From Schizochytrium sp. TIO01 (lineage: Eukaryota; Protista; Bigyra: Labyrinthulomycetes): DNA of 64,000 nucleotides. Made by a program: the position numbers and the translations under genes. The stretch is from the NCBI GenBank assembly GCA_004764695.1, contig SMSO01000032.1, positions 6,604,483 through 6,668,482 on the forward strand. The letters run 5' to 3'. Shown piece by piece: positions 23,702-34,706 of this stretch (positions within the stretch are counted from its first letter, which is position 1; every line of letters begins with the position of its first letter). The notes beneath the pieces are model-generated. The model was not told the origin of the DNA. It worked only from the letters and a program-made list of their open reading frames with translations, and did no database searches.

Positions 23702-25969
23702 TTACCTCTTCTCAAAATCGGCGCCCGGTTGGGAAAAGGTGTTTCCAATAAGGATTGCGCGTACGCTCGGGAGCTCGAGGGGCTCGAGGTCATCGCAGGT
23801 AATCTCGTAGACCCAGCTACCAAGCTTGTAGCGCACATATAACTGGGGCGGGCTCTGAGGCGTAGCGAGGCAAGGGTTGTAGAAACCAAGGAGATTGGCC
23901 TTGGATGTACCACTATGAAGCTCCAGGGAGTTATCCTTGCAAAAGTAGTTGAGCTGCTTTGTGACATCAATGTTGGGAGGGTGGTCATCATAAGGTTCCG
24001 GTCCTTGGCTCGGGTCGTGCGAAAGGCGAACGACTTCCTCTGCGTCAGCTTCTTCAGACGCTGCAGTAGAGACATCCTCATCTTCCGGGTCCCAATCACT
24101 CGGAAGTCGTGGCCTCGATGTCTCACGCTGCACATAATCCTCCATTTGAGGCTCCGATACGGGGCGCCAGTCACATTCATTGTGCAGGGCGCGTCCATAT
24201 CGAGCGCAAAGAATCACCAGGCCTGATGAAGCCTCTGCCTTGGCACGCTTTGACTCCGCAGCAGTGGCCATGATCCTCATCTGCATCATAGCTTTAGTGC
24301 GGGCTTCGTATAGTGCATGTGCCATTTCAAACTCAAGCCGAGCCTGCCGGCGCTGGTGAAATGGCATGAGGACTTGGCTGAGCACGTAGTTTGTGAAAGC
24401 TGGAATGAATCCTCCAACTACTGCCGCTCCAAAGCTAAGACTCGATGTTAGTGCGAGAGGCACTGAGTATCTCATTCCGCCTCTTTCGTAGCGCAGTGTC
24501 AAGCTGACGCCCCCAATGCCTACAGTCAGCGCCACGCTGCCCTTAGAATGTGCCGAAAGCGCTCTTGCAGATGTAAGGTCGAGCTCAATGTTAGACCCGC
24601 TGAGTTTAACTCCAATTCGGCCACTTGTGCGCTTCGAGAAGCTCCTGGCCCAGTTGGCATGGAGTCCAACACCGTTATCGCTCATGAATAGCATAGCGGT
24701 ACCGTTGCTAAACATGGTTCTGGTCAGGTGATCTGCCGAATCGTCCTCATCTTCTTTGTTCCTCGGTGTGTAGCTAGGCGGGGTATATTCTCCATTCTCA
24801 TCATGATCATTCCCATTCTCGTCATTGTGAGATGCCCCGTAGTAGTTCTCATAGTACTCGTCTTCCTGAGAACGCTTGCTTCTGTATCGCGGCGTGCCGA
24901 AACGGTTGTTACGTTGAAGCTGCACAAGTACTCCAGACTCGACTCCAAAGCCAAGCTGAAGCACACCTGTGACAGTATCTGAGAGCTTCCTTGCGCCCTG
25001 CAAATTAATACCTGTGCGCCCTCCTTCACGCATCACGAACTCGATCGATCCTTTGCTGTACTGATCGAGCACACGGCCACCCTTTACGGAGACTCCAAAT
25101 GGATCTCTGGAGGCTGTAGATATCGTGACTTCGGAGGTTGTGGCGTCATCGATCTCACGCTCGTGTGTTACGCTGGCACTGAACCCGCCTGCGTTGGAGC
25201 GCGCAAGAGCTTGAGCATTAAGGGTGACAGTGTCCTTGCTCGAGACTGCGGCCTCTACGGACTGTTGTACGAGCACAGAACGCATCGAAGGCGCCTCAAA
25301 CCTCAAGGTCCTCGAGCCATCATAGAGATCATACTCTGATAAAGGCTCGAAGGCGTGTCCAAGAAGGCCTCGAGCGTCCATGCTCATCTGCACCGCTCCA
25401 CGCACATTGTACCTCGCAATGGCCTTAAGCTCGCGTTCAAGCTGAACCTGGCCCAAGACCTTCTCGCGAAGAGCAAGGCCACGCTCGTCCACAAAGTTGA
25501 GAGTGTTCTCTGTTGAGTTTACGTAAATCTTTTCCATTTTGGCACTGTGGAAGACACCCTTTTTAGGTAAGAGCTTGCTGAGTTTTCGAGCATTCTCGCG
25601 GTTCTCACGCTCAGATTGAAGACTGTGCATTGCCTCAAGACCCTCGGATCCAAAGGTGTCGTAAATGGCGCGCTCTGCGTCGTTGCTCAGCACTTTGTAA
25701 GCCTTGTCTACGAGGATAAAGAGCTCTTGAGCTTCCATTGTCTCCAGAGCCATCTCAGCTTCTGCAGACTGTGCCCCTTCGAGACCTTCTTGGTGACGAA
25801 GGCGCTGACGCTGACGCTTGTCAGGATGCAGGAGTCGGGCCAGGCGGGTATAAGCAGCCTTGATTTCATCACGAGGAGCGTGTTTGGGCACATTTAGAAG
25901 AGCGTAGTAGTCTACGCCTTCAGAGAGCGAGGCCTCAGGGCCACGGGCTCGAGAGCCGCCCATGATCAA
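23702..25969 (-). CDS. DNAJC11: DnaJ subfamily C member 11 homolog (J-domain + beta-rich middle + DUF3395-type C-terminus)
   Basis: DYYALLNV...LHPDK J-domain. C-terminal GLVILCARYG...IDVTKQL...KANLLGFYNPC...QLYVRY is typical of DNAJC11. Confidence 0.9.
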   Translation of the reverse strand: MIMGGSRARGPEASLSEGVDYYALLNVPKHAPRDEIKAAYTRLARLLHPDKRQRQRLRHQEGLEGAQSAEAEMALETMEAQELFILVDKAYKVLSNDAERAIYDTFGSEGLEAMHSLQSERENRENARKLSKLLPKKGVFHSAKMEKIYVNSTENTLNFVDERGLALREKVLGQVQLERELKAIARYNVRGAVQMSMDARGLLGHAFEPLSEYDLYDGSRTLRFEAPSMRSVLVQQSVEAAVSSKDTVTLNAQALARSNAGGFSASVTHEREIDDATTSEVTISTASRDPFGVSVKGGRVLDQYSKGSIEFVMREGGRTGINLQGARKLSDTVTGVLQLGFGVESGVLVQLQRNNRFGTPRYRSKRSQEDEYYENYYGASHNDENGNDHDENGEYTPPSYTPRNKEDEDDSADHLTRTMFSNGTAMLFMSDNGVGLHANWARSFSKRTSGRIGVKLSGSNIELDLTSARALSAHSKGSVALTVGIGGVSLTLRYERGGMRYSVPLALTSSLSFGAAVVGGFIPAFTNYVLSQVLMPFHQRRQARLEFEMAHALYEARTKAMMQMRIMATAAESKRAKAEASSGLVILCARYGRALHNECDWRPVSEPQMEDYVQRETSRPRLPSDWDPEDEDVSTAASEEADAEEVVRLSHDPSQGPEPYDDHPPNIDVTKQLNYFCKDNSLELHSGTSKANLLGFYNPCLATPQSPPQLYVRYKLGSWVYEITCDDLEPLELPSVRAILIGNTFSQPGADFEKR

Positions 25970-26823
25970 TGATTAGATATATATCGATTTCAATAAGGAG
26001 CAGGTGAAGAGCTACAGAGAGGGACTGAGAGGCTCAGGTATCGAATGACACTAGCTCTGGGATGAGCCAGGGTGAGGCCTCTGAGCCCAAGATTGGCTCA
26101 GATGAAGGGCTGGTACCGCTGCTGCCTTTGTTTGAGATTTGCTTTGTGGTTTTGATTTAGCATTTTAACTATGGCTAGTAGGTACCTATGTAGTACCTAG
26201 TGTCCCCTTGCTTCTTTCTTTCGTTCTTTCCTCAGTTTGTTCTGATTAGGATGAAAGAAGGGCAAAAAGGGATTCGTTCCACTTCAGGTTCTTTCTTCTG
26301 CCACAATTCGTAGAAACCCCTCCTCGAGGATTTCTGGACGTAATCAATAACACAATGAGCACTGTGCTCCTCCAATTCTAAAAAAGGGCCGATCGTCCTC
26401 AGTTGTTCCGTTCAGAACCCTTTTGATTACAATAAAGGTTTCTCGCTTGCTTGGTTGTGCTTTCGCCCTTATATGATGATCGAGAAAAGGGGCAGACTAG
26501 CTTAGATGATTGCTTAGGAGTCGATAGGAGAAGGGCTCATGCAATCGTTGATTTTTTCAAAGGTATTTATTTATTTATTTATTTATCTATTTATTTATTC
26601 ATTTATTCATTTGCAATTGCAGCCCACTCCCACAAGAGCTTACCTCCTTTTTGAGGGTCTGCGCAGATTATTCCTTAGTAAGACCGAGTGAGAAGTATTC
26701 GAAGTTGATATCAGGAATTTCTGTACGCACGTTTTCATCCATATTAGTTTATTTGTGATCATGTCTGAGTGCCAGCTCTACTATGACGTGCGAGATGGCT
26801 TCTCTAAGAACACAATGAATTCT

Positions 26824-26875
26824 AACAATAATAATAATAATAATAATAACAACAACAACAACAACAACAACAACA
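26824..26875. repeat. (AAT)n/(AAC)n compound microsatellite
   Basis: Read directly. Confidence 0.95.
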
Positions 26876-27894
26876 TGATAGCACAGAAGCGAAATAAGCT
26901 ATGCCCTTGACGAGGAATGAGCAAGAGGCACCGAAGGCGGATGAAGGAAGAACAAAGGAAATTCACATTCGTCTCGTTTTCTTTTTTTCTTTTCTTTTTT
27001 TGTAATGATTTTATTTTAAAGAATATTATTATAATGATAAGTAAGAGTGTTCTTCGCGAAGATACATATCTGATGTGATGAACATGTTCTTGCTACCTAT
27101 CTACACCTCTGAAAGTACATTCGTATTGCACAGAACTGATAACCACTCAAGAATTGTTGCATTATATCTTACATAGCAGAACCACGAAATATTTATGGAG
27201 AAAGAACGTACTAATTCTGTTTTGTGGAACGTACCCCAAATTTGTTCAGTTGTATGCAAGAAGATACTCTAGCTAGTACATGCATGGGCAAAATTTAATG
27301 GAAACGCTGGAACAGAAGGAAAACAGAAATGTGTTTCAAATATCATAATAGGTATATCAGGAGGAATTGTTGCATTCTTTGATTTGGGTTCGAGGGGGGG
27401 GGGGGAATCAGAAAAATAGAAACTAGCAAAGTATTTTGGTGCACCTGGATCAATTAAGCTGGAAACAGACACACCATTCATTTCAGTTCGTCCAATTATA
27501 GAAAATAGCCACACTAAGCGCGAGAAATTGGAATACAAAAACTATGGTGCAGAGTACAGGGAAGAGAATAAGTTTACAAGCCGTGATTAATTTGGTCATA
27601 AACTTTTATTCGCGTTGTAAGCTTTCCATATTTTGGACGAACAAAAGCGGGAAAGAGAAAAGCACATGATCACCGCCACGATCATGAGTAGAAATCAGCT
27701 ACCAAACAGGTACATGCCGCTCGAAAATGAAAGTTCGTCAGAACATAAATGAGAACCATCCTCGAACGAGCCTGAATACCCGTCGGTAAAGCAGATGATG
27801 AGAAGGAAAGAAAATAACAGACAGCAACATAAGAAGAAGGAATTGTCAGATGTTCTTTCAAATGTTGACTGGGAATTGTTAATATCAGCGACAT

Positions 27895-30144
27895 CTATCG
27901 AACATTTGCGACAATGTGAGTTTTTGGCTTCAGGATGCGCCGCGAGTCAATACTAGAGCACAGCTCAAGAGCCGTAAAACCGTCATCATTGCGGAGAGTT
28001 AGCACAGAACTGGTGTCAGATTTCCGTGCAAGCTCTTCCATGAAGATAGTGAGCAAAATTTGATCTCCAGTTGAAGCCGCCAAATGCACCGGAGTATTGC
28101 CCCATTTATCGCGTTCTTGCAAACAACTGTTGTGCTGTGATAGAAGCCTAACTAGTTTTTTACATGTTATTGGGTCCCATGCCCCAACAAGACAGCACAA
28201 ATGAAGAGGCGTGCGATCGTCTCGATCTTTGACACATGGATTAGCGCCTAAACGTAGTAAGAGTGAAACTACCTCACTGTGGCCAAAGATTGCTGCAAGA
28301 TGTAAAGCGGTGGCCCCTGAATCATCAAGCGGCTCCATGAACGATGCCCCTGCAACTACAGCCTCGTGAACACGTTGCACAGAACCTGCACGGCAGGCTC
28401 GCTCGAGCTCTCTATTTGTAGCTTGACGGTGCTCAAGCTCAAGCTTACGACGGGTGAGCTCCTGCTTGCGCCGAAGCTCCTCAGCTTCCTTTTCTACCTG
28501 AACCTCGACAGAAACCTGGAGAACCTCGAAATTTCGAGCAATTCCAGGAAACTCAGTGACAAGAGATCGCAAGGTGTCATAGGTCAAAACACCAAGTTCG
28601 CAGCCGTGAGGATAAGAAGTGGAAATTGCCGGGTTAGGATCAATTGGCAATAAGTTATCAAGATTAGCCTCCTGCTCAACAGCGCAAATATTCACAGAGT
28701 TGAAAGGGTAGGTTTGTACATCCCGATCTGCCTTGATCGCAAGACTACGTCGCCGATCTGCTGGATGAACAGGGACACGATGGCCACGTTCATTGGCTTC
28801 GTGCTGCTGCTGCTGATGGTGATTATTTTCACCGTGACGCATTCGCAGTCCAAAGGCATTGGCCAAGGAACGACGACGATTCGACATGTACCGTCCTGGA
28901 GAAGTGCCAGCGGATAAAGCATGGCTGTTCGCACCATTGCTGCTGTTGCTGCTGTTGCTCTGAACATTTCCAGGAGCATCTGCACTATTAGTACTGGCTG
29001 AGTCATCAGTGCCCGCTACTGCCTCTTCTTCATCAAGAATATCTTCGTTGCGATCAGAATCAGTACCTGTTGAGGTTGTACGTCCAGAACTATGCTGAGG
29101 GCCTCGCGATGAACTTCCCGAGTCGTGATGCTGCAAAAGGCGAGCAGTAGGGCGAAAGAAAGCGCTGCTGCCAAAGGCTCGGTCCTGCTCTGGGTCGTAT
29201 CCATCATCGTCCTCATCGTCTTCATCATCTGCCTCATCAAAGTCCTGGCGTTGACCTTCGATAAGAGCCTTAGCGCGCCCACTTGCTGTATCATGCGATC
29301 CTGCAGATTTCTTCTTGTTCTTGCCTTCTCCACCATCTGTAGAGCTTTCGATTACATCGAACGCACTGTTTGTGTGTATACCGAGCATACGCGCTGATGC
29401 ATTTTCGTTGAGGTGGTGAATAGTAACATAATGACTAGAGAGGACACAGACTTCGAAGACAGCTCCTTTGTGTAATGTTGCAACAACGGTTCCTTTCATA
29501 GAGATGCGTACAGACCCACGACGAACAATATAGACAGCCCCGCGTGGTGCTACCGCAAGATAACGATTGGGGAAAATGTTTTCGCGACGTAAACTTTGCA
29601 GTAATTTAGCCTCGAACAGAATTAGCTCCTCTTCTGGTACTGCTCGTGTCAAAGTCCGAAAGAAGTCATTATAGCGAAGAAGACGGCCATACAAGAATCG
29701 CAAGCATGCAATGCGATTTTTCTCTGGCAGGACACTCATTATGAACTCTTCGATGCAAGCAGCATCCTGGTGTTCTCTAAATTTTTGATACTGAGCGCAG
29801 ATTGAGTCCTCTTGAGAAAGTCCAAACTTCTTAAATTTGTGGAGAACTTTTGTTGCAAGTTCGCGATTATAGCCGAGCTGGCTTAAATACAAAGCGACAA
29901 GGTGCAGGGCATCGTTGGTATTCACTGATTTTTCCTCCGCGGCGGCAGAAAGGACTGCTTGGGTTTTTGACGAATGGTGTCTCTTGGACACAGCGCCGTC
30001 AGCACGTTTGGAGTCTCCAGGTAATCCCACTGTTAAGTTCTGTGTTAGGCTGCTACTATTTTTGTTGCTCCAATTTAGGGTCTTGTCTTTGAGATTCTTA
30101 ATGCCTGACGACTTGCGCCTGGCAAGGTGTTTAATCTGGTTCAT
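27895..30144 (-). CDS. Protein with a split cyclic-nucleotide-binding-like domain, coiled coil and C-terminal ankyrin repeats, 749 aa
   Basis: cNMP-fold halves YIVRRGSVRI..VATLHKGAVFE and CELGVLTYDTLRSLVTEFP. Ankyrin repeats GATALHLAA, RTPLHLCC, GNTPVHLAA and GFTALEL. Confidence 0.8.
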   Translation of the reverse strand: MNQIKHLARRKSSGIKNLKDKTLNWSNKNSSSLTQNLTVGLPGDSKRADGAVSKRHHSSKTQAVLSAAAEEKSVNTNDALHLVALYLSQLGYNRELATKVLHKFKKFGLSQEDSICAQYQKFREHQDAACIEEFIMSVLPEKNRIACLRFLYGRLLRYNDFFRTLTRAVPEEELILFEAKLLQSLRRENIFPNRYLAVAPRGAVYIVRRGSVRISMKGTVVATLHKGAVFEVCVLSSHYVTIHHLNENASARMLGIHTNSAFDVIESSTDGGEGKNKKKSAGSHDTASGRAKALIEGQRQDFDEADDEDDEDDDGYDPEQDRAFGSSAFFRPTARLLQHHDSGSSSRGPQHSSGRTTSTGTDSDRNEDILDEEEAVAGTDDSASTNSADAPGNVQSNSSNSSNGANSHALSAGTSPGRYMSNRRRSLANAFGLRMRHGENNHHQQQQHEANERGHRVPVHPADRRRSLAIKADRDVQTYPFNSVNICAVEQEANLDNLLPIDPNPAISTSYPHGCELGVLTYDTLRSLVTEFPGIARNFEVLQVSVEVQVEKEAEELRRKQELTRRKLELEHRQATNRELERACRAGSVQRVHEAVVAGASFMEPLDDSGATALHLAAIFGHSEVVSLLLRLGANPCVKDRDDRTPLHLCCLVGAWDPITCKKLVRLLSQHNSCLQERDKWGNTPVHLAASTGDQILLTIFMEELARKSDTSSVLTLRNDDGFTALELCSSIDSRRILKPKTHIVANVR

Positions 30145-33100
30145 CCCCCCTTGTTACGAATGGAAATCAAGGCTGACAAGATATCTAGCCAGGAAATAAC
30201 TTCCGTAACAATAGCAGCAAACTACAAAAACTTTGGCAACTGTAGCTCCACAAATCCTCTTGCTTAACTTGGCCACGAGGAATTTGCAGAACTCAAGGCA
30301 GCAAGCAGGATGTCAAGAACGAAACCAGAAGAAAGAGAAAGAAAGCCTGTTGGTTAGACTTGTGCACGCTCCAAACGTGGTCTCGCGTGCAACGTAACGA
30401 CGAGAACCAACGTAGAAGTTGCTTTCAACTTCTCTACCCTCCAAACCTGCGCAGGCCAAAACCTTAGCTCGAAGATGTTTGGAAACAAAGACACGGCTTT
30501 TCGAAAGGCCAAGGTTCAACTTGAAGAAATCAAACTCCACTACCTAAGCACTTCTATGAAGAGTATTTTGTATAGGAAGGAAGGAAGGAAGGAAGGTCCA
30601 AATGAACGCGCAGTCTCTCCCCCGACACGCGTCTGCGCAAGCCTTAGCAGTTCGCTCCTCGTCAGCCTAAGTACTCAGGCTGGGATAGGCCTGACAAAGG
30701 CCACGCCGACTAGGCGTCTTCCGGGCGGAGTCGGCAGCCGCACGGAGGGCTCCGTCGAATATTGATGGAATGCCGTGGTCCGCGCCGGTACAACGAGAAG
30801 AGCAAAGAAAAGAATACTTTGCTTTACAATACAACTTTACTTTCAAGTTAGAATTTCTCTTTTTCTTTCTTTCTCTCTCTCTCTTATGATAAGTTTTTGC
30901 TCTCTCTTTGTACGTATATATGTATGTATGTATCTCCTTTTCTCCTTTTCTCCTTTTCTCCTTTTCTTTTCAATAGTCAATCGATGTTGATCGAAAGTGA
31001 GATGATTGAGCGATCCTCTCTGAGAAACTTGCAACTTGAATTGTGCACAGTGCAGGTATCAAAACGCCCAAGGAGCGAGCGTCTTGGTGTATTACAACAT
31101 AGCTTTCAGCAGTCGGTGGCAGTACCCGCCATTCGAGCTGACGTTCTTGTCTGCGTCTGTTATCGCTGTTGTGGTTAGTTTCAAGTCGCTCTTTCGTAAA
31201 GAGGGTTAAATTGGCGCCAAAGTTAAACTGCTACGGCCTGGTTAGGAGGAACTCCTACCAAAGCGGAGGAAGAATGTGTTAAGATGGAAATCCACAATCG
31301 AAAAACAGACTTTCGCAAAAAGAAAGAACGATAGGAGTTTCTGATGTTTTACTGTGCAACAGTGCTTTGGAAAGCCTTACTACCATATTACTACATATGT
31401 TTATTTACACCAAAGTTCTTCACTTTTTTACCTTCAAGTTTATTATGAACATGTTTACTAACAGTAAACAAGTTGTTATTCTTTATTTTACTTTTAGTTT
31501 TAAAACTCTTTTACATGCTAGTAGGGCGGTAAAGTATATAGGGAGACTTTATTTTAAGAGCAACAGGCTTTCTTTCTTTCTTGCACCTGTGTTTGGATTC
31601 GCGTGGATTCGCGTGGATATGCCTCCAAATGGTCTGCAAATAAAGCTTCCGGGCTGAGCTATCTTCGGTCGATGTCGGGTTGACTTGGATACCTTTTGCT
31701 CCCATTCTGACGGCCCTGCGTCGGTTTTGACTGCGCGAGCGGGCGCCCCGTACCAGGACAAAAGGCTGTGTAGAGCCTGCTCTTAAGCTGCTCTTCTGTG
31801 CGCGCCCAAACCCATCATGTGCACTTGCCTCTTGACTTACCCCACTTTGCTCTCCAATCACAGAAGGGCTCCTCAGTAAACTTGTATGAGACCCAAAATG
31901 CAGTGCGCAGAGGCGTGTCAAAGTTTTTGCAACGGTGGAGGGTGAAGTTTACATACAACCGCCTCTAACCCGCCTACCCGTATTACACGCGGCAAGCGCG
32001 TACACACCTTATATTGGTATTCAACTGTGAGGGGCAAAATGCTCTACGACGCGTGGTCCGCCGCCGCTCTAAATGCGTGCTGCTTTGGGAGTGGGGTCCA
32101 AAATCACCGCCGCGGAAGCCTCAAACCTGCAAATCGCAGGCCTAAGGCCGCCTCGGAGACCACTTGCAATGTCCCTGAAGACCTTCTCCGCACGCCTCTC
32201 CGGGGGTGCAATCCGGCGCGCTCATCTGTCGGGGAACGTCCACGATCGTAGGTTTCATGATTCATGATTCGTCATTCATTCATACATACATATATTCATT
32301 TTCTTTTATTTTGATTGATTGACTGATTGATTGATAGATAGATAGATTGATTGATTGATTGATCATCTGGCCAACAACAAACAAAGTCTGAGATTCATCA
32401 CACCAGCCCCTCGCTTGGTCAAGCCCATACCGTGAAGCAGGTAATCGTTGACACAGACAAACCTTCACAACAAACTCGCGCATGTCAAATAGACGAGAAA
32501 TCCATGGGCAAATCTTGAACTTATCTTTATGCGTACATTCAATCAATCCATCAATCAATCCATCAATGAAAGCTATTTCTCACAGGCAATGACCATCCAG
32601 CCAGGACATCGACCGCTTAACCCACTTCCGACGTGTATACCCCACTTCACGCGATGTTTAACCTACTTGCACAAGTGCTCTATCTGGCACCCGCAAGTGA
32701 AGTATTCACTTCGCCCCCCCCAGCTTTTTTTTCTTTCCTTCTCTAACAGAAATACTCCGCCCAACAGCCCGCCTTTCATTAACAATAAACTATCTACCTC
32801 CATGGCAGCCTACCTAGTAAATACCCTAGGACGCACCCCAAGAGGCGTAAGGAGGTAATCGCAAGAACGAACAGGAACGATTGCGAAACAGCCGGTCCAA
32901 GGCACTTTCCCCCCTCTCCCATCAACGCCATGGTCCGCACAGGCCACTACACGGTTCCCAGACTAACCCTCATTTCTATTTCCCCGTAGAACTACCAACA
33001 GTGTAATAACCATGGGTTCTCGGATAGTCGGCAAAACTAAAGAGGTGCTTGATGGACGTCTTTACAGTGAGGTGCGAATCTTAAAAGAATGACACTATGT

Positions 33101-33420
33101 TTGGTGTATTAATTAGTGGTGGAGGGGAGTCTTGTGCGATGTGCCTCATTCCATTCTTGCAGAGCGTATCCTTGGGCGCCCCGGATCCTCCTGATTTCAC
33201 CTTTCCATATTACGCGTATGTAATCAAAGATTTTCTTGAAATCGCGGTGATTTCTCTGACACAAGAAATTTTGTACAAGTACTTGCAGGCCAGAAACTAC
33301 TCGCAAACTGCAAACCAGGCATCCTTCTGCGAGCCCCTGAAGCACCGTCTGTCGCTCCGCACCCTCCCCGAGCCCCCGCCAAGTTCTCTCGAGCCCTCGA
33401 AGTCCCTTTGAAGCGAAAAC

Positions 33421-33885
33421 ATGAGCATTTCTTACGCCGCCGCCGAGACCATCGCGAAGCGTGCCCTCGAGGTGGGCCGCCAGAACAACCTGCAGCCCCT
33501 CACTGTGGCCGTGCTTGACAACGGCGGCCACCTTGTGGTGTTTCTCAAGGAGGACAAGGCCTCGCTCTTCCGCGAAGCCATTGCTCGCGGCAAGGCTATG
33601 GGAGCTCTCGGCATGGGCACGGACTCTGGCAACCTCGCCAAAGTCGCTGCTGCACGCCCGGCCTTCATCCAGTCGGCCTTCGCAGCCACTGAGGGACGCC
33701 TCGTACCTGTTCCCGGCGGTGTCCTTGTGAAGGACCACGCAGGCAACATTATTGGTGCCGTTGGTATCTCCGGAGACGTTTCTGAGGCCGATGAGGCATG
33801 CGCCATCGCCGGTATTCGCACCGCAGGACTCTCATGTGAAGCCATTAAGGATGGCCGCGATTGCTTCCTCAAGGCTCACCTCTAA
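33421..33885 (+). CDS. glcG: GlcG/HbpS (PduO C-terminal-like) heme-binding protein with C-terminal PTS1 (AHL)
   Basis: Motifs TVAVLDNGGHL, IARGKA..A and VPGGVLV...IIGAVGISG..SEADEACAIAG; strong GC3 codon bias. Confidence 0.9.
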   Translation: MSISYAAAETIAKRALEVGRQNNLQPLTVAVLDNGGHLVVFLKEDKASLFREAIARGKAMGALGMGTDSGNLAKVAAARPAFIQSAFAATEGRLVPVPGGVLVKDHAGNIIGAVGISGDVSEADEACAIAGIRTAGLSCEAIKDGRDCFLKAHL

Positions 33886-34706
33886 ATCTGCAATATCCTC
33901 CGGTTTGTGCCGCAATCGCCTTTTCTCATGGCTCTGAACTGAGACCATTTTTCGTAGGCAAATTAGTACCTGAATGCATAATCTTGACTGCTCGTTGTTT
34001 ATGGATGACTGCTAGTAGAGAATTTGTACTAGGTGCACACGACTAAAGATGGCACAGGGATAGCAAGAGATCTTGAGGATGGAGCAGAAGAGGTCCGTGC
34101 TTTTTTTAAATATGGTTTACGGAAATGTTCTTTGCAATGTTTACGGAGGATGGGCAGTCTTCAAGAGATTCAACCTCTCGTCGTTGTGGAGACAAGTGCA
34201 GACAGCTGTATAGGAATGTGCGGGTTGTCGCCCGCGTACCTGCTGCAGCTGATGTATTTTTGTTAACTTCCCCTTTGTGATCTGAAATCGAATGGGGATC
34301 ATATCAATTTATATTCATTTTTTTAAAGCTTTCAAATGCTATTTCCACCTACCTAGGCATTGATTCCTATGCGAGTAAATTCAGGGAATCGACCTTTAGA
34401 TATCTTCGTCGCGAAAGGTATCAAGAAAAGCAATCAATGTTGAATTTATGTTTTTCGAAAATGGGAATTGGTGTTTTGTTTAAATTCGTATTATCCTAAA
34501 AGAATGAGTTCAGCTTTGTTTTCCAGTTGTTGCCGATGGCTACCATGTTTGTAGTAGATCATGCTTAGTAGAAAGAATTTATAAAAGAAATTTCGTCTGT
34601 GAGACGTGCTGCAAAGTCTTGCCAAATACACAAGATTTCTGGACTCGAATGTTGTTGACTGTAGATTATTCAGAGAGCCCACGCAGCAGTCGAAGGGTCA
34701 TATATA

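Noticed and set aside
27075-27139. C/D box snoRNA-like GTGATGA...CTGA...CTGA
   Set aside because: No terminal stem or C' box; the apparent rRNA complementarity lies in low-complexity CTAT/CTAC sequence.
33109-33872. Antisense ORFs (209 and 146 aa) over glcG
   Set aside because: Shadows of the GC-rich sense gene.
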